Assembly (NCBI RefSeq): GCF_964355755.1
Contig: NC_092674.1
Coordinates: forward strand, 4,836,001 to 4,900,000
Length of the DNA: 64,000 bases
From: Antedon mediterranea
Lineage: Eukaryota > Animalia > Echinodermata
Direction of reading: 5' to 3'
This document shows positions 1 through 13,700 of this stretch, one piece after another. The position numbers and the translations under genes were made by a program. The first letter of the stretch is position 1. Each line of letters begins with the position of its first letter. A model generated the notes under the pieces. It searched no databases and had not been told where the DNA came from. It saw only the letters and a program-made list of their open reading frames with translations.

Positions 1-12
1 TTTTTTTTATAG

Positions 13-1239
13 ATTCTAGTTTTGGACCCAATTGGGACGCCAGCAACAATACACCTGCTGTCTCCAAACCACGAAAGAAACGATATGGATCTGGATCGTT
101 GGAGAACTGGCCAGGCTTTGGTCCTAACACCAGCCCAACATCTAGCAGCCTGTGGCAGCCTAACAGCTACACAGACGCTCAGAATACTACAACCTGGTCA
201 ACTGGCACCCACTCGCCTGATATCAGCCCATCAAACAATGTAATCAAAAATGCATTAATTAAACTTGTTGGCTGACATGTATCATTGTAAAGCTCTGTCT
301 ACACTATCAAACTTTATGTGACAAAAAAATGTGGTGTGCCCATATATGGACATGACAATGTCATATCACTACCATATTTAGACATGTCACCACCATATTT
401 GGGTACACCACACTTTTTTTTGTCAAACAAATGCTAATTTATCTTTGTTTTATCACAATGTATTTCTGTGTTTTCAGAGCTTGTTCAGACAAAACAACAG
501 CCCATGGAACAATCCATCCGGCGGACGTAACATGGATAGCCGCTGGCAAACTGGAAATCCTCTCCTCTTCCCATCATCCATCTGGTCGAGCACTGTTAAT
601 GACAGTCCTTTGCTGGATCGTGGTGCTTTGGGAATTGAACAGCCTGATCTACCAGAGCAACAGGTAGGGTATAGAAGTTGGGAAGAGAAACATGTCTGTC
701 AATCAGTTCTGTTCTATTTTTATTGTCGATGCTATGGATTGACGTCAATCTAAATATTTATAAGGGAAAAACTGACTTATTTATCACACTAATTCTTTTA
801 TCTTATGGAATCTGCTACCATCTAAAGCTCTGTCTACAATATCAAACTTTATGTAATAAAAAATGTGATGTGCCCATATATGGACAAGATGATGTCATAT
901 TCCTAACATATTTGGCCACATTATACTTTTTTTGTCAAACTAATTTGATAGTGTAGACAGAGCTTAAGATGACGATAATTTGTTTATTTGTTATTAAAAT
1001 TAAATTGAGTTAAGCAAAAGCATTGACATGGTATGCATACTGAAAGAATAAGTCTGACTCCCTGGACATGCAGAATATATCATATTAAATCAGTACTATC
1101 ATTTTCAATTATTCTTTTTTTTTTTTTAATGTAGACGGCTTCATACAATCCATTCAACTCGTCATTGTTAAGCAACCTATGGTCATATCCACGTACTGGT
1201 TCAAGCTGGGGCTCTGGTAACAAGAAAGAAGACAAGTAA
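13..1239 (+). CDS. TMEM131: 3' coding exons (13-239, 478-663, 1135-1239) of a TMEM131-like gene; 5' part lies outside the window
   Basis: Three AG/GT-bounded exons splice in frame to ...LLFPSSIWSSTVNDSPLLDRGALGIEQPDLPEQQ/TASYNPFNSSLLSNLWSYPRTGSSWGSGNKKEDK* (TAA 1237-1239). The S/W/P-rich tail with SSIWSS and YNP motifs resembles the TMEM131 C-terminus as I recall it; not database-verified. Confidence 0.6.
291..428. mobile_element. Harbinger/PIF-type MITE family 1, right end truncated
   Basis: TAA followed by TIR AGCTCTGTCTACACTATCAAAC; same internal sequence as the other family-1 copies. Confidence 0.75.
826..964. mobile_element. Harbinger/PIF-type MITE family 1, complete
   Basis: TIRs AGCTCTGTCTACA...TGTAGACAGAGCT with TAA target duplication on both sides. 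Confidence 0.85.
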
Positions 1240-1338
1240 AGTGTCAAATACATAAGCTATCACAACAATAAGATGAATAAACAATTGTAAACAGTAGTGA
1301 AGTTCTTGTTGGAGAATAAAATTTGAATGAATCTGTTA

Positions 1339-1477
1339 ACTTCTGTCTACACTATCAAATTAGTTTGACAAATATGGTAGTGATATGCCAAAATATGGTA
1401 GTGATATGACATACATCATCATGTCCATATCTGGGCACTTTATACTTTTTTTCACATAAAGTTTGATAGACAGAGTT
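1339..1477. mobile_element. MITE family 1 copy in the 3' UTR
   Basis: Degenerate TIRs (tctgtctacactatcaaa ... tttgatagacagag) and the shared internal sequence. Confidence 0.7.
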
Positions 1478-2966
1478 TACTTATTATTTCCTTGGCATTT
1501 TGATATTATAATTATTTAATTGTTAATTTCAGTTAAATTTTTTGTAAATCTCCTCATTCAAATCTATGATTAAATAACCAATTTCTCATAAATTAATTTA
1601 TATTTTTTTAAAATTATTTTTTACTATAAATGATATTCTCATTCGAAGGTAAATTATTGGAAAAAATACAACATTTATGTGGTACTTGTGGTGTCTGTAT
1701 TTCAATTGATATATAAAATATATCAAAATTAAATCAACAATTTTAAAATCAACAGCCAGAGCCGTAATTGTTATTATTTAATTAATCATATAAAAAAATA
1801 AAATAATTATTTTCCATTGTTTTGAATAGTAATGTTACATTATATATCATGTTATTAATTAATATGAGGCTTTTAATTTTTTTTTTCATTTCCAAAAACA
1901 CAAAATGCCACCAGCTGTGGCAACATACAAAAAAGTTTCAGAATATGTATCATTATTTGAATAAAAAGGAGGGTTACTAATTGTATTTTATTGTTTACCA
2001 TTGATAGAAATTAATAAATGTTGAATGATTAATTATTTAAAACATACAGTCTTGTTATGTAGCTTACATTTGAATCCAACAAGAACTTCTCTCACAGCCT
2101 TAATGTAGATGATAATATACTTTAATTGTTATTTTACACTTGTTATACAGTTACTATTATCAGGGAAGAGTGAAATTTGTTTGTATTTTACCCTTCCCTG
2201 CTATTATGGTTTTTATAAAGAAGGCATTACATATTAATATTTATTGCTCTTAGAATGTTTTTTTATTAATTGCATTTTTGCTTATATATATATATATATA
2301 TTCAGTCACTTGATGTGTTTTATTTACACATATTTGATGTTTATGGGTGGGGGATTGGGGGAGGAGAGTATTGACCAAAAAAATAATTGTAACTAATCCA
2401 TCATATAATTTTTATAGTATTATTATATAATATGATGTTCAAACTTCTGTGTTTATAAATGAGTAATATATACCCAAACAAAATTAATGAATTATTGTTC
2501 AACTTTTTACTAATATGATATTGTATAATTTGAAATAAGCAGTGATTTTTTGGACAAATTTTTCAATTTTTTTTACTATATCAAAAAAAAGAAAAACCTA
2601 TTTTTAAGATTGGCTTAGTACAGAAAATCTCTCAAAAATTAGAAGATATACGTGTATTGATTTTTTAAATTTGTTTTGGCCCAAAAACAGCATTCAAACT
2701 ATTTTACAAAATATTTAATTTAAATATAAAACCAAATTATTTATTTACTTTATATATGTATAATAGGTGTGTGATTATGTATTTTTGTAGCAAGAAATTC
2801 TAATTTTTATATTGTACAGTTTTGCACATATAGTTATCCTACGTTTACCTACTCTGAAATTTCAATTATTACTAGAACTTAATTAAGTATGTATTATTGA
2901 TGGATGTTAATTAATCAATTTATTCATTTAGTACACAGACTGTGTCCATGTCCATTGTCACTGCAA

Positions 2967-3368
2967 AGCCGGGTTTCCATAAAATCGCTACACGACAGAG
3001 CGTAACGATTCTATGGAAACGCTAGAATTTGTTTTTTTTTTTGTTTTTTTTTTATTTATTTCATACTCATCCAACAGCGAGTAACCCGCCAATTACAGGA
3101 TGGATAAACTATTTAAAATTTCACAAGACAAACATATACACAAGATGCTCTACATAAACAAAGACAAAGATCGGGGATCTAGTACGCGAGCGCTAAATAT
3201 TCTTGGGTACGCGTATACGATTCATCGCCGACAAAATCTGCAAAGTTGAACATGGTTGAACTTTGCCGATTTGACTGCGTCGGCGACATCTGCGCGTGTA
3301 GCGATTTTAATGGAGATGGTGTAGCGATTTTAATGGAGATGGTGTTGCGATTTTATGGAAACCAGGCT
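2967..3368. mobile_element. Harbinger-type MITE with a nested poly(A)-tailed retro-fragment (~3030-3190, minus strand)
   Basis: TIRs AGCCGGGTTTCCATAAAATCGC / GCGATTTTATGGAAACCAGGCT, flanks CAA/TAA; internal T-run followed by unrelated sequence. Confidence 0.65.
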
Positions 3369-3472
3369 TAAATTTCTTTGAGGTTTTTATAATGTAATGA
3401 ACTTTATAAGAATAAATGAATTTGAAATTACCTAACAAACAATTTATTTACTATGGGATAATAGATATGAAC

Positions 3473-3796
3473 CAAGGAACTTATAACACAAGAATCTCCT
3501 GTTCTTCAATTTGCATTCAAAACACAGTATCGGAAGTACAGGGTTAAAAGGTCAAACTGGGCGACGCCATTTCACAGCATGGAGCAGCGCCCCCTCCAAA
3601 CTAGGAAGTCAATTACTCTATCCCCCCTAGAGCATTAGCAGATCCCCTCTATGATTTTGACTTTCTAATTTGAAGCGGGCGCCCTACTCCATGGCTCACA
3701 ATGGCGCCACCCATAGCTCTATTCTATCCCACAATGCCTTTCGAAATTGTTACGCGCTTCGGACGAACAGGAGATTCTTGTGTTATAAGTTCTTTG
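3473..3796. mobile_element. MITE with 32-bp TIRs (CAA-starting termini)
   Basis: CAAGGAACTTATAACACAAGAATCTCCTGTTC vs GAACAGGAGATTCTTGTGTTATAAGTTCTTTG (1 mismatch); no clear TSD. Confidence 0.7.
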
Positions 3797-6596
3797 TTGT
3801 TAGTCCCAAATAGCATCATTATGTTATAACATGACACTATGTATACATTGAATCAATATGTTTTTGGAGTTTTGGAGCATTATGTTTAACATTTGAACTT
3901 TCCCCAGCATACCTCATTGAGCTCTATCCTTGTAAAAAAGGTAAAAATATATTTAAAAAATATAGAATGTATCATCATTGTCCACAAATCAGAAATGTAC
4001 GTCTGCTAAGAGATGGAGTTGCATGTTGGTAAATGTAATGTTATGCTTCACTGACTCGACTGCCTTTGTTATACCTTGACTTTTTTCCATATATTATAGT
4101 TTACTTTAAGTATAGTAGTTTTTGCGAATTTTATTTAGATTTTTTGCCTTCTTTATAAAAATCATGTTTTATTCTTCTTGTTGTATTATGTTGTATGTAT
4201 GAATATGTTTGTGTAGACAAGCATAGATCATTATTGGTCCAAGAAATGTTTGTTAACATTTTGTTTATTCTGCTTCAAAGAAATCAATTTTTCTTTGAAA
4301 AAGTTCTACTTATGATACTCCCATAAGGTTAAGAAAATATCAATTTTAGAAAAATTGGTAAATTTCTCCTATATGGTAGAGAATCTAATTAAGCATGTGT
4401 TTAGATTAAACACTGTTATTGAGACGTCTTACTACCTATTATGACATGAGTAAATCTGAGACAACTCATAATGACAAATTTGGAAATAATACAAACAATT
4501 TACAATTAACTGTGGAAATATTATTGATAAACCACCATTTTATTGTTTAAATGTGATTTTCACAGAAATGATTTCATTCTAAAATAAGATTTGTAGAATG
4601 ACAAAACAGTTATCAATAAAACACAGTTGATTTAGAATTTATTGAAAAATGTATTTTCTGAATTTGCAAGCTTGAGTTTATCTAGATATTACTACTACCC
4701 GGATTTGTCTTCAGAGTCACTGAATTTCTCTTAAATGTTTACTTTGTATTCATAGAAAATATTCACTCTTTACATGACTGATTTTCATTCTTTTAAAGAT
4801 TGATTATTGACCTTTTAATGGTGATCATTCAATCTTTTCAAGAATGACTTTCTAAATGGTGAAATTTTTCTTTCTATCAATGATAAACTTGTTCAAAGAA
4901 ATTTAGCGACAGGTACAGTGCCAATTTGTAATACTCGGTTGCTAGGCAACTGTATAGGTAACATAAATGTTGCTATGGCTACTGTACTTAAGAGAGTGTT
5001 GACTGTAGTAGAAGTTATAGTTCTCTCGATGAGAACTTAATTATAAAGTTATTGTCACATTTTAACATACGTTATGGAATCTGCAAGCCAACTTTTAAAG
5101 TACAAATCTAGCCCTGTGGGCTGAAGAACTTAAAGTTTTGGCAACAAATGTACTGTATAGTTACATAAGGAGTTTAAATGGTTTCAAGTTTATGCTTTTC
5201 TGATTTTCTGTTTTTATTTTGTTGTTCTGCATAAATAGCTGGGATAAAACCCTGTCTAGTCCTTGCTTGTTTACCACGTTGTTGGTAATGCTTAATTTAA
5301 GTAAACAGAGCCTGTATTTATTTTGCTACTCTGTTTTCAGTAAAAGAATTAGTTATACTTCTAGAATTTAGCATCCAGCAAATCAACCGATTTGGTTTTA
5401 AAACTTCAAAATATTTTTTGACTAGGTTTTCTAACTAGGTGCAAATTGCTAATATCTTGCATAGCTTTGAGATGATGTTTACTATCTATCAATGACTACC
5501 CTGTCACATTGTGATGATGCACAAGCTAAATCTACCACTATATGTAAGCAATTGAAATCTAGCAACTGGTCATATTGACTATACTGGATTCAACTGCATC
5601 TATATTGGTAAATTTATATCTTGATGCTCCAAAGCAATCTTGAAAGATCTTTGGAATGGTGTCATTTTGAAATGCAATCTCTTAGTTTTCTTGTCACGAT
5701 TCGATCGTTGATGCTCTTGCATCTGCAATGTGGGGCTGCCGTCCTATGTAGCGGCTAAATAAAATGTTTTAACCTGAAAATATACAGTGTTTTGATTTTT
5801 GTTTTTTTCTTGAAGTAACTTAAATGCATACTTTATTTTATACACTGAAGACAAAACTGAGAAATGTATGTACAAGTTTGGATTCATAATTTATATTAAA
5901 ATAATTTTTACTTTCTACAATCAATGTGACAATTTGGTTGATATTTATGAGGTAAGTAAATTCTATTGATATTATTGCCAATGGTATTCATTGATTCATT
6001 TATTTATTTACACAAAGCAAAATTCAAAGCAATATGTTAACAAAATATGAATCAAATTAATAGTTAATGCCTTGTATCTGGAAAAACTCAAATAAGGTCA
6101 GAGAGCTTTAAGACAGGTTCCACCAGGAAACAAGTTTTTATAAAAAATAATTCGGATCAATGTTCATAGACAGACAAACAGGGGTTACAGAGTTATTTAG
6201 TTACATATTTATATCAAGTTATTATTGTTATTATCTGCGCATGTCCAGAATCCACCAACCGAAGCGCGCGTTGAGCTGCCGTGATAGTCTGCTGAACAAT
6301 TGGCCAATCAGATCTCTGGATTTGTTGTGGAAAAGGTGGCTGTAAATTTGACATCAAGAGTGAGCATCGTCCACCGAAAAGAATCAAAGTATTTAATAAT
6401 GTTATTTTATCTATATATCCAGGCCTCTTGGACACATCGTTTCAAGAATTTAAATCCTCACGATATACATGCATATAGGTAGGTAATGTTAATTTTTTAA
6501 ACTATGACTTAACAAACGCTAGGCCTCTTCCATTTTGGACGATTATGCTTAGTCCTAGGTAGAAGTACTGACTGGCCATCTTATTCGGTGTGTGAT

Positions 6597-8675
6597 AGTG
6601 TTGAACCAGGGTTTGGTAGCCTAGTAGCTAAGTTTTGGTAGTAACAAAGTGCGAGGCACGCGAGGCAGGGAAGGCATGCGAGGCAAGTCAGAAATTTATG
6701 CGAGGCATCGTTTTACCATCATCAAAAAATGCGAGGCATCATTTTATCATTTCTCAAAATTGCAAGGCAGGAAATCACCGAAATTGAAGTAGCCTAGGCC
6801 TAGGCCCGCTAGGCTAGTTTCCTTTTGCACCTGCCTTGTATTTTAACCAACTTTATCCTGAATACCACAGCTTAGAATTAGTAGGCCTACTTTAATGAAG
6901 AAAAATCACATAAAAGTAACAATAAATCCATTAAATTGGTGATTTTACAGACGTTGTTTTTCTCGCATTTCGCACACTCAATGTTCAATATTTTGGTTTC
7001 TATGGAACGCCAAAAGAGCAAAATTAATTAGAGGGCTAAAAACTCTGTGGAATCCATTTATATTTAACGCATTATTTGGTGAAAATCAAGTACAATTTCA
7101 ATAGATTTTGTCACTGTCAGTAAGGAAAAATGTTACTGTTGATAATGTACACGGTTTCGTTAACCTTTTAAAGAATAAAATAGAAAAATTCATCATAATA
7201 TCCTTAGTAGGATGTCCTACTGTAGGTCTAGACTAGGTAGTGATGTTGATTTAGGATCGATTATTATTCTTTGAAAACAGAACAGTATCAGCAGTAACAT
7301 ATTACAACATTTTTATTGACAAATTAACAAATATATTGAAATGAAACGTGTTTTTCACCAATAAATGCATGAGAAATTGACGCATTCCACTGAGTTTTAT
7401 CGTTGCTCTTTTGGCGCTCCATAGAAACAAAAATATTGAACATTGAATAAGTGAAATTCGCGAACAGTGTGCGAGAAACACGCCTGTAAAATCATTAATT
7501 TAAGGATTTATTTGTTACTTTTTATGTGATTCTTTCATTAAAGTACTCATGAGGTATACTTCTAAGGTGTGGTATTCACACGATAAAGTTAGTTATCAAA
7601 TTTGGAGTAAAAATACAAGCGAAGGAAACTAGCGCCAGGTTTATTAGTACGTACATGGACAACAATAAATAAAAATCGTTCGTAATAATAATATACCTAG
7701 CTTACTAAAACAGGAATAGTGTATCATTATTAAATATCACACCAATTATTATTATATCAAAATTGATTAAATTATTTTCTACATAGGCCTCTTATCTAGG
7801 TTAGGGCTAAGCATATTAGCTAAAGTTTAATTTTAGGCCTAGTATTACAATTGTCGGACGTAAGTCTTTTTTCACACGCGCTCCAGAATTCTGTCGCAAT
7901 TTTTTTCTTTGCGGTATGTTATTGGATCGGCATATCAGTTACCTTTTATTCACCGCCAGTTATTGAACTTGTCCTGGCAATCGCTGTTCACCTTATTTGC
8001 GAGAGAGGTACACGTGTTGTTCCTAGAGAATGGAATGTCAAAAATGTCTTTGGCACGCCGCTCAGAGAGAAGTCTGTGCGTTGCTGCTGAAACCACGTGC
8101 TATAGGAGGGGAATGCACCACAATCCTCTGAGCTGAGGGCTGAATCATTCCGCTACCTGCTAAATAGTAAAGAGGGATTTTCCATCTCTCGGGTCTACCG
8201 GATCTAGGCGCAGGGGTGTGACAAAATATTATTTTCACTCTGCTATGTTCGAGAGACATGTGAGTGAACACGCTCGAAATGCCAACAAACATTGCAGTAA
8301 TTTGATGAGTGTCGCTATAACAATTATTGTTTATCGAAAGTTGAAGACTGTCGTTCAGATTTTTGAACCGTAGTTTGGGCACTTTTGTAAAAGTAAAATT
8401 TGACACGATATGACTTGAACAATGAAAAAACAATCGTTACATAAAAATAAACAACATGATGAGTGTATACACGAATCTATTTAGATACGCTTGTATCGAT
8501 TGATTATTAGGCTTATAATATAGCATAATAGCATGTTAAGATATGCCTCGCACCTTTTTGAAATTGTAAACTATATGCCGCTCATGCCTCGCACTTTTGG
8601 AAATGATAAAATGATACCTCGCACAAATATTTGGCATGCCTCGCGTGCCTCGCTGCCTCGCACTTTGTCAACACT
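6597..8675. mobile_element. Non-autonomous DNA transposon (hAT-like termini) with GCGAGGCA subterminal repeats
   Basis: Multiple GCGAGGCA at 6650-6770 mirrored by TGCCTCGC at 8544-8660. Ends AGTGTTGA..ACAAAGTGCGAGGCA / TGCCTCGCACTTTGTCAACACT, with the left TIR interrupted by a short insertion. Confidence 0.6.
6808..7634. mobile_element. Foldback element (long imperfect palindrome) nested in the previous element
   Basis: 6810-7160 is the diverged reverse complement of 7270-7634, e.g. caatgttcaatattttggtttctatggaacgccaaaagagcaa vs ttgctcttttggcgctccatagaaacaaaaatattgaacattg. Confidence 0.7.
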
Positions 8676-9194
8676 CGCTAAGTTTGCCCGAGTGCTGCAA
8701 AGGCATGTGTCATGGCTAGGCTACATCAATTGAAGATTTTATCCTTGATAATGTTCTGAAAAAGTCTTAAAACTTAACACTAAATATATTAAATATCATG
8801 ATAATATATCATCATAGTAATTGTGGTTTTAGACATATGTATGTTTCATTTTTAGCCTACTGAGTAGGAGCCTACGATGTAGGGCCTACAGTACATTTCT
8901 CTTTAATTATTATTCAGGGCTCATCTGCCATTGATTTTCCTTGTGTTTGTTACATTTTTATGTTTCTATTTTCTTCCCAGGTTCAGTTTCTTCAGTTTTT
9001 ATATGAAATAGATTACATTTTCTATCATCAAGTTTTTAGTTGGAAATATTAAAAAAATCCAGAATGTTTTGTTAAAATTGGATATCTGACTCTATAGTGT
9101 ACTTGCCATCAAAGTTGATTGGATATTGGATATAGAGACGTAAGCAAGAAGTGTCCATACACCTTTTTGATATTCACATTTCTATTATACGTAT

Positions 9195-9350
9195 GGTAGC
9201 TGCTAGGCAAGTGGTTGGGACACTTGACTGTCATACAGAGAGACCCAGTTTCAATTCAACAACTCCCCCAGTCTACTCAGCTGTAAATGAGTACCTGGTT
9301 GAAAATACTAGGGAGGATAAGGCGGTGTGGAAAGGAACTGGCCACCTATC
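9195..9350 (+). mobile_element. Degenerate tRNA-derived SINE
   Basis: A-box-like ggcaagtggtt and B-box-like gtttcaattc, followed by a core actcagctgtaaatgagtacctgg typical of conserved metazoan SINE central domains. Confidence 0.5.
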
Positions 9351-10127
9351 ACATTATGAATAACTTACCTACCTATCTGCTAAAATGGATGATTAATTCA
9401 AGCAATATTTGACAAAGGACAACTTAAACTGGAATTATGTGTGGCGCAACAAACTCAGGTAAGGACATTATGCATTTATTTAACATATGATGAAGTGTAT
9501 GTTCGGATGTGATGTATACAGTATATATTAACCATCGGCATATGATTATGATCAGGTGATATTATGTTGAGTCCTATGGGGATAATTCTATTGAATTATA
9601 CTTTTTAACTTTCTCATACATACTATACATAAAATGGCATATCCAACAACTAAAATGTTATTAGTTTTATTATATCTTTATTAAGAATGAAAAAGGCAAA
9701 AAATAAATTAGACAGAAACACTATAACAAAATATACATATTATATTTGATGCATAGCAGTAAAATTGTATACCTTTAACAGCAACTTTTTAAAAGAGTCT
9801 ATAAATACATTCTTTATAATTTTTATAAGCTTAAATAGTGACATAGGGATAGCCAAATAATATTTTTTTCCAGATACTGTATATAAAAAGTATATAAACC
9901 CCATATACCAAGAATAAATAAATGTAACTTTATATCTTAATATACTATATAATATAAAACTAAATAATGTGTACAGTAAGAGTGATAACAAAATATAACA
10001 ACTTAATAAAATTATACCCAATAGTTTTTTAATGTGGCAGCTACATAAGTGTATTCCAGTACAATGTGTTTAATATATTGCACAGACACATACTTACAGA
10101 AAAACACATTCTTGAGATTTAAGTATC

Positions 10128-10222
10128 TAACTAGTTTGATAAAAAAAAGTGGTGAGATCAGTGTGTCCATCACATCACATGTTTTTGTCACATAAAGTTT
10201 GATAGTATATACAGACAGAGCT
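10128..10222. mobile_element. MITE family 1 partial copy
   Basis: ctagtttgat...cacataaagtttgatagt...acagagct followed by TAA. Confidence 0.6.
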
Positions 10223-10789
10223 TAAGGATTATTTGTACTTAGTAGTATTATTTACAATCTTCTTCCATTTAGGAGCAAACTTCATACTGTAGTTGAATGC
10301 TACTGCTCCACTGGCTATAGCCATTGAAAATGACAACAAGAATAACAAGGATTGTAATTCTTTTTTTTTTTGCATACAGTGTGTGGTGCATATAAAGTTA
10401 AATAATAGTTTTTAAAATATCATATGCGTAAGTAACATTTAGAATCCAGTTTTTAGCCCTGTATCAGAAGCGCATAAACACTGCTAAAATTTACGCACAA
10501 AATATGTACTGTACTAAATTTGAACAGAATACAGTGCTGTACAATACAATTAAATAATAGAAAAAAACTGTAAAAAATATAAATAATATATATTTATATA
10601 ATAATAACATTTTTTTTTTCTTCTTCCTAAAAAATATTTACAAAAATTTTATATTTATTTGCACTTATGCTAAAAAGCCTCATTGCGCTGAACATAGAAA
10701 GTCAAAACAAACAAAAAAATCAAAATGAAAAGTAGGTTGCCCCTGTTGAAAGTATACCCTGTAAAGTTTTGTATTAAACAAAGCAAAAT

Positions 10790-13700
10790 CTACCCAGTTG
10801 GACCAGAGGTTCCATTTGTGTCGTTTTCCTTCATTGTGCCTTGAGCAGGGTTTCCCTTGTAATCAGCTACTACTGCTTTAGTGGTATCTTTTGCTGTACG
10901 TTTGGCTATTGCTTTGATTCCAAGATTATCGAGTCTGTAGGCTGCAACTCCAAGATTACCGACTGTGCCGAGAGCATCATCTGTAAGGCGTGCAGCAGCA
11001 TCACCATATCTACACGCACAAAAAATCAGAAAAAATGAATTTTGATGAATCTTTCATTGTTGATATTAGCAAAGCTGACTAGATTTTAAGGACATTACTG
11101 CTATAAATACACTGTATATCCTAAAATGAGCGTTCATGGTAAAGACTGTACACAGTATGTTGAACATGTCATGGCTGATTTCTTCTTTGCCAAAAGACAG
11201 ATAATTTTATTTTTGTCAGCATTCTAAAAGCAGCTTCATTTTTAACCTGGTCCAGGAATAGTGGTTTCCCAAAAGTTTGGATTTTTTTTTTTTCAGTTTT
11301 GCATAGCAGTAGCTTGTTGCCTATATAATATTGTGTATCCCAATTGAGATTTAGCTACTCTTCACTACAGAATTATTGATTAGTTCAGTAATTTGCCTAT
11401 TTTTTTAAAGTTTACATATACTTACTTATGATTTACAACATCTACAGTAGCTAATTGTATACTTTTTGCCAGTGCAAATGCAGCTGTCTCTAAGGTATGA
11501 TAAACTTGTACAAAACCTGAAATCATGAATACAATTTGGGTTCAGTAACACAATTATTGCTACTTGTAAAATAATTTGGACTTGTTATGTTTCATATACA
11601 GTACAAGCATTACAGTATAGGTTCCCCTGAATCAAGGTTACTGAGAGTATCAACACATTTAATAAAGTGTCCCAAAAATAGAGGGACTATTTACTTTACT
11701 ATTTACTCTTTACTGTACTAGATGCTCCAAAACAGAATTACATGTAAAGTAATTGACCACTGTAATGTAAACTATACACAATAAATTTCTGGTAAACACA
11801 GTATTGGTACAGTAGGAATGGATCTAGTATATTTTCTGGCAGTTTGGGTCTAAGCTTTCTTTTCTCTTAGTATCACCTTTGAATCATGGATAAAATTTCA
11901 CACTAGGTCTACACATTACTTGGGAGTACTATGTAAAATCTACCTTCTAAGCCACTTGATGCTACGTGTACAACTCCATCCAGGGTCTTGCTTCGCTTAC
12001 CATCCTTACTATCATCACCAGATTTCAAGTACTTCTCACCTTGCTCCCGGATGTGTGGAGCAACTTCCTCTGCTAGCCTTTTGGTGATGAAGCACAGTCC
12101 ATCGATTAAAACACCACTTACCTAGAAAAAACATTATAAAACCTTACTACCTGCAGTGGTACAAAGCAGGGGGAAAGGCCCACTCCTTAGGGCCCTCCAA
12201 CCCTAGTAATTTCATTAAGCTGCTCATACTTTGGGCCCCTTAAGCGCTGTGGCCCCTGGGTTAAGCCAGTGAGCACTCATAGCCGTTGATTGTACTCTAT
12301 GTCATAAACATTTTTAAAACCCTTAGATTTTTGCAATTTATATTTATAATGCTTACTTTGACAGCCACAGCTGCTGCTGCTCGTGCTTGCTGCATCCCTG
12401 TCTGGTACTTTTCTTTGATTTCAGCAGGTTCCTCTGCTGGTTTTAATCTCGACTTCACCTTCTTACTTCCTTTGTCTATGTACTTAACTGTCATCTCTGC
12501 TCCTTTACCCAAACCCCAGCTTACCCATGTGGCACCTGAAATATTATAAAATAAATACAAATAAATAAAATGATATACTTTTACTGAAACTGAATAAGAA
12601 AAACTTGAAACTTATTGTGTGGGGGTATAAATTACATAGGCTAGTATAAGATAAGTATAAATTAATTCATCCTTATCTTGTACAGAATCCTGAATAACAA
12701 AATAATAATGCATTTCTAAAGATACCAAACTTAGTTCCCACTAGGACGTATAGTAACACATGGACTCAAGTGCAATGCAATTAATTTGACTAATCAGGAC
12801 ATGGTGGATTGTCCGTACAATCACTTGAAATAGATTTGCATTGTGGCCAAGTGAGAACCAAGCTTAGAATTAAGACAACAATTTGTTTTGAGTTGAGTTT
12901 GTTTCTCTTATAAGCTGACTTAAACACAATATTTTTCTGTAGTTTACACTAATTGTACATTAAGCTCTGCCTACACTATCAAACTTTACAAAAAAAATGT
13001 GATGTGCCCATATATAGTCATGATGATGTCATATCACTACCATATTTGGACATATCACTACCACATTTGTTTGGTCAAACTAGTTTGATAGTGTAGAAAG
13101 ATGATTAGGAAAAAAAAATATTAATGTTCTTACCCACAGCTAATCCCTTTGATATTGAACTACTCCAGCTTGGTGGCCTATGCACATCTTCCTCACCCTC
13201 CGCACTAGATGCTTGCGTGCTAGGTTCTTGTCCATTAGAGCCTTGTGTATTTGGGTCTCTTATAGAGTATTTTGGAAGTGGTGGTCTTGGGGGTGCTTGT
13301 TTAGGTACATTAACAGTACCATTAGCATTCTGCTCAGCAACTGTTGCAAACCTTTTAAGTGTGTCCTCAAACAGAACCTTAGATGCTCTGAAAAATATAC
13401 ATTAAAGTATTCAAATCATAATATGTAATTAATATATAGGTCATCAATGAAAGTACTGATTGTATTTTACAGTATATAGTTACTGTAAACCAGTACTGGT
13501 AGGTCACTAAATATTGTGTTGGTATAGCAGCTTCATGCATCTGTAAAAAATATTATGTACAATAATAACACAATTCAAAGTTCCTGCTGTTTAAATACCA
13601 TTATCATCAATTATTGTACCGGGAGACTAAAATGTTATGAGTGTCTATATTATTTTTTAAAAAGTACCATCATAATATTTAAAAAAAATTGTATACCTAT

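Noticed and set aside
22-243. ORF-track 73-aa ORF
   Set aside because: Wrong frame; the splice-consistent frame reads SSFGPNWDAS...SPSNN.
13124-13428. Plus-strand ORFs over spartin exons (also 12286-12549, 10841-11038)
   Set aside because: Antisense shadows of the spartin coding exons.
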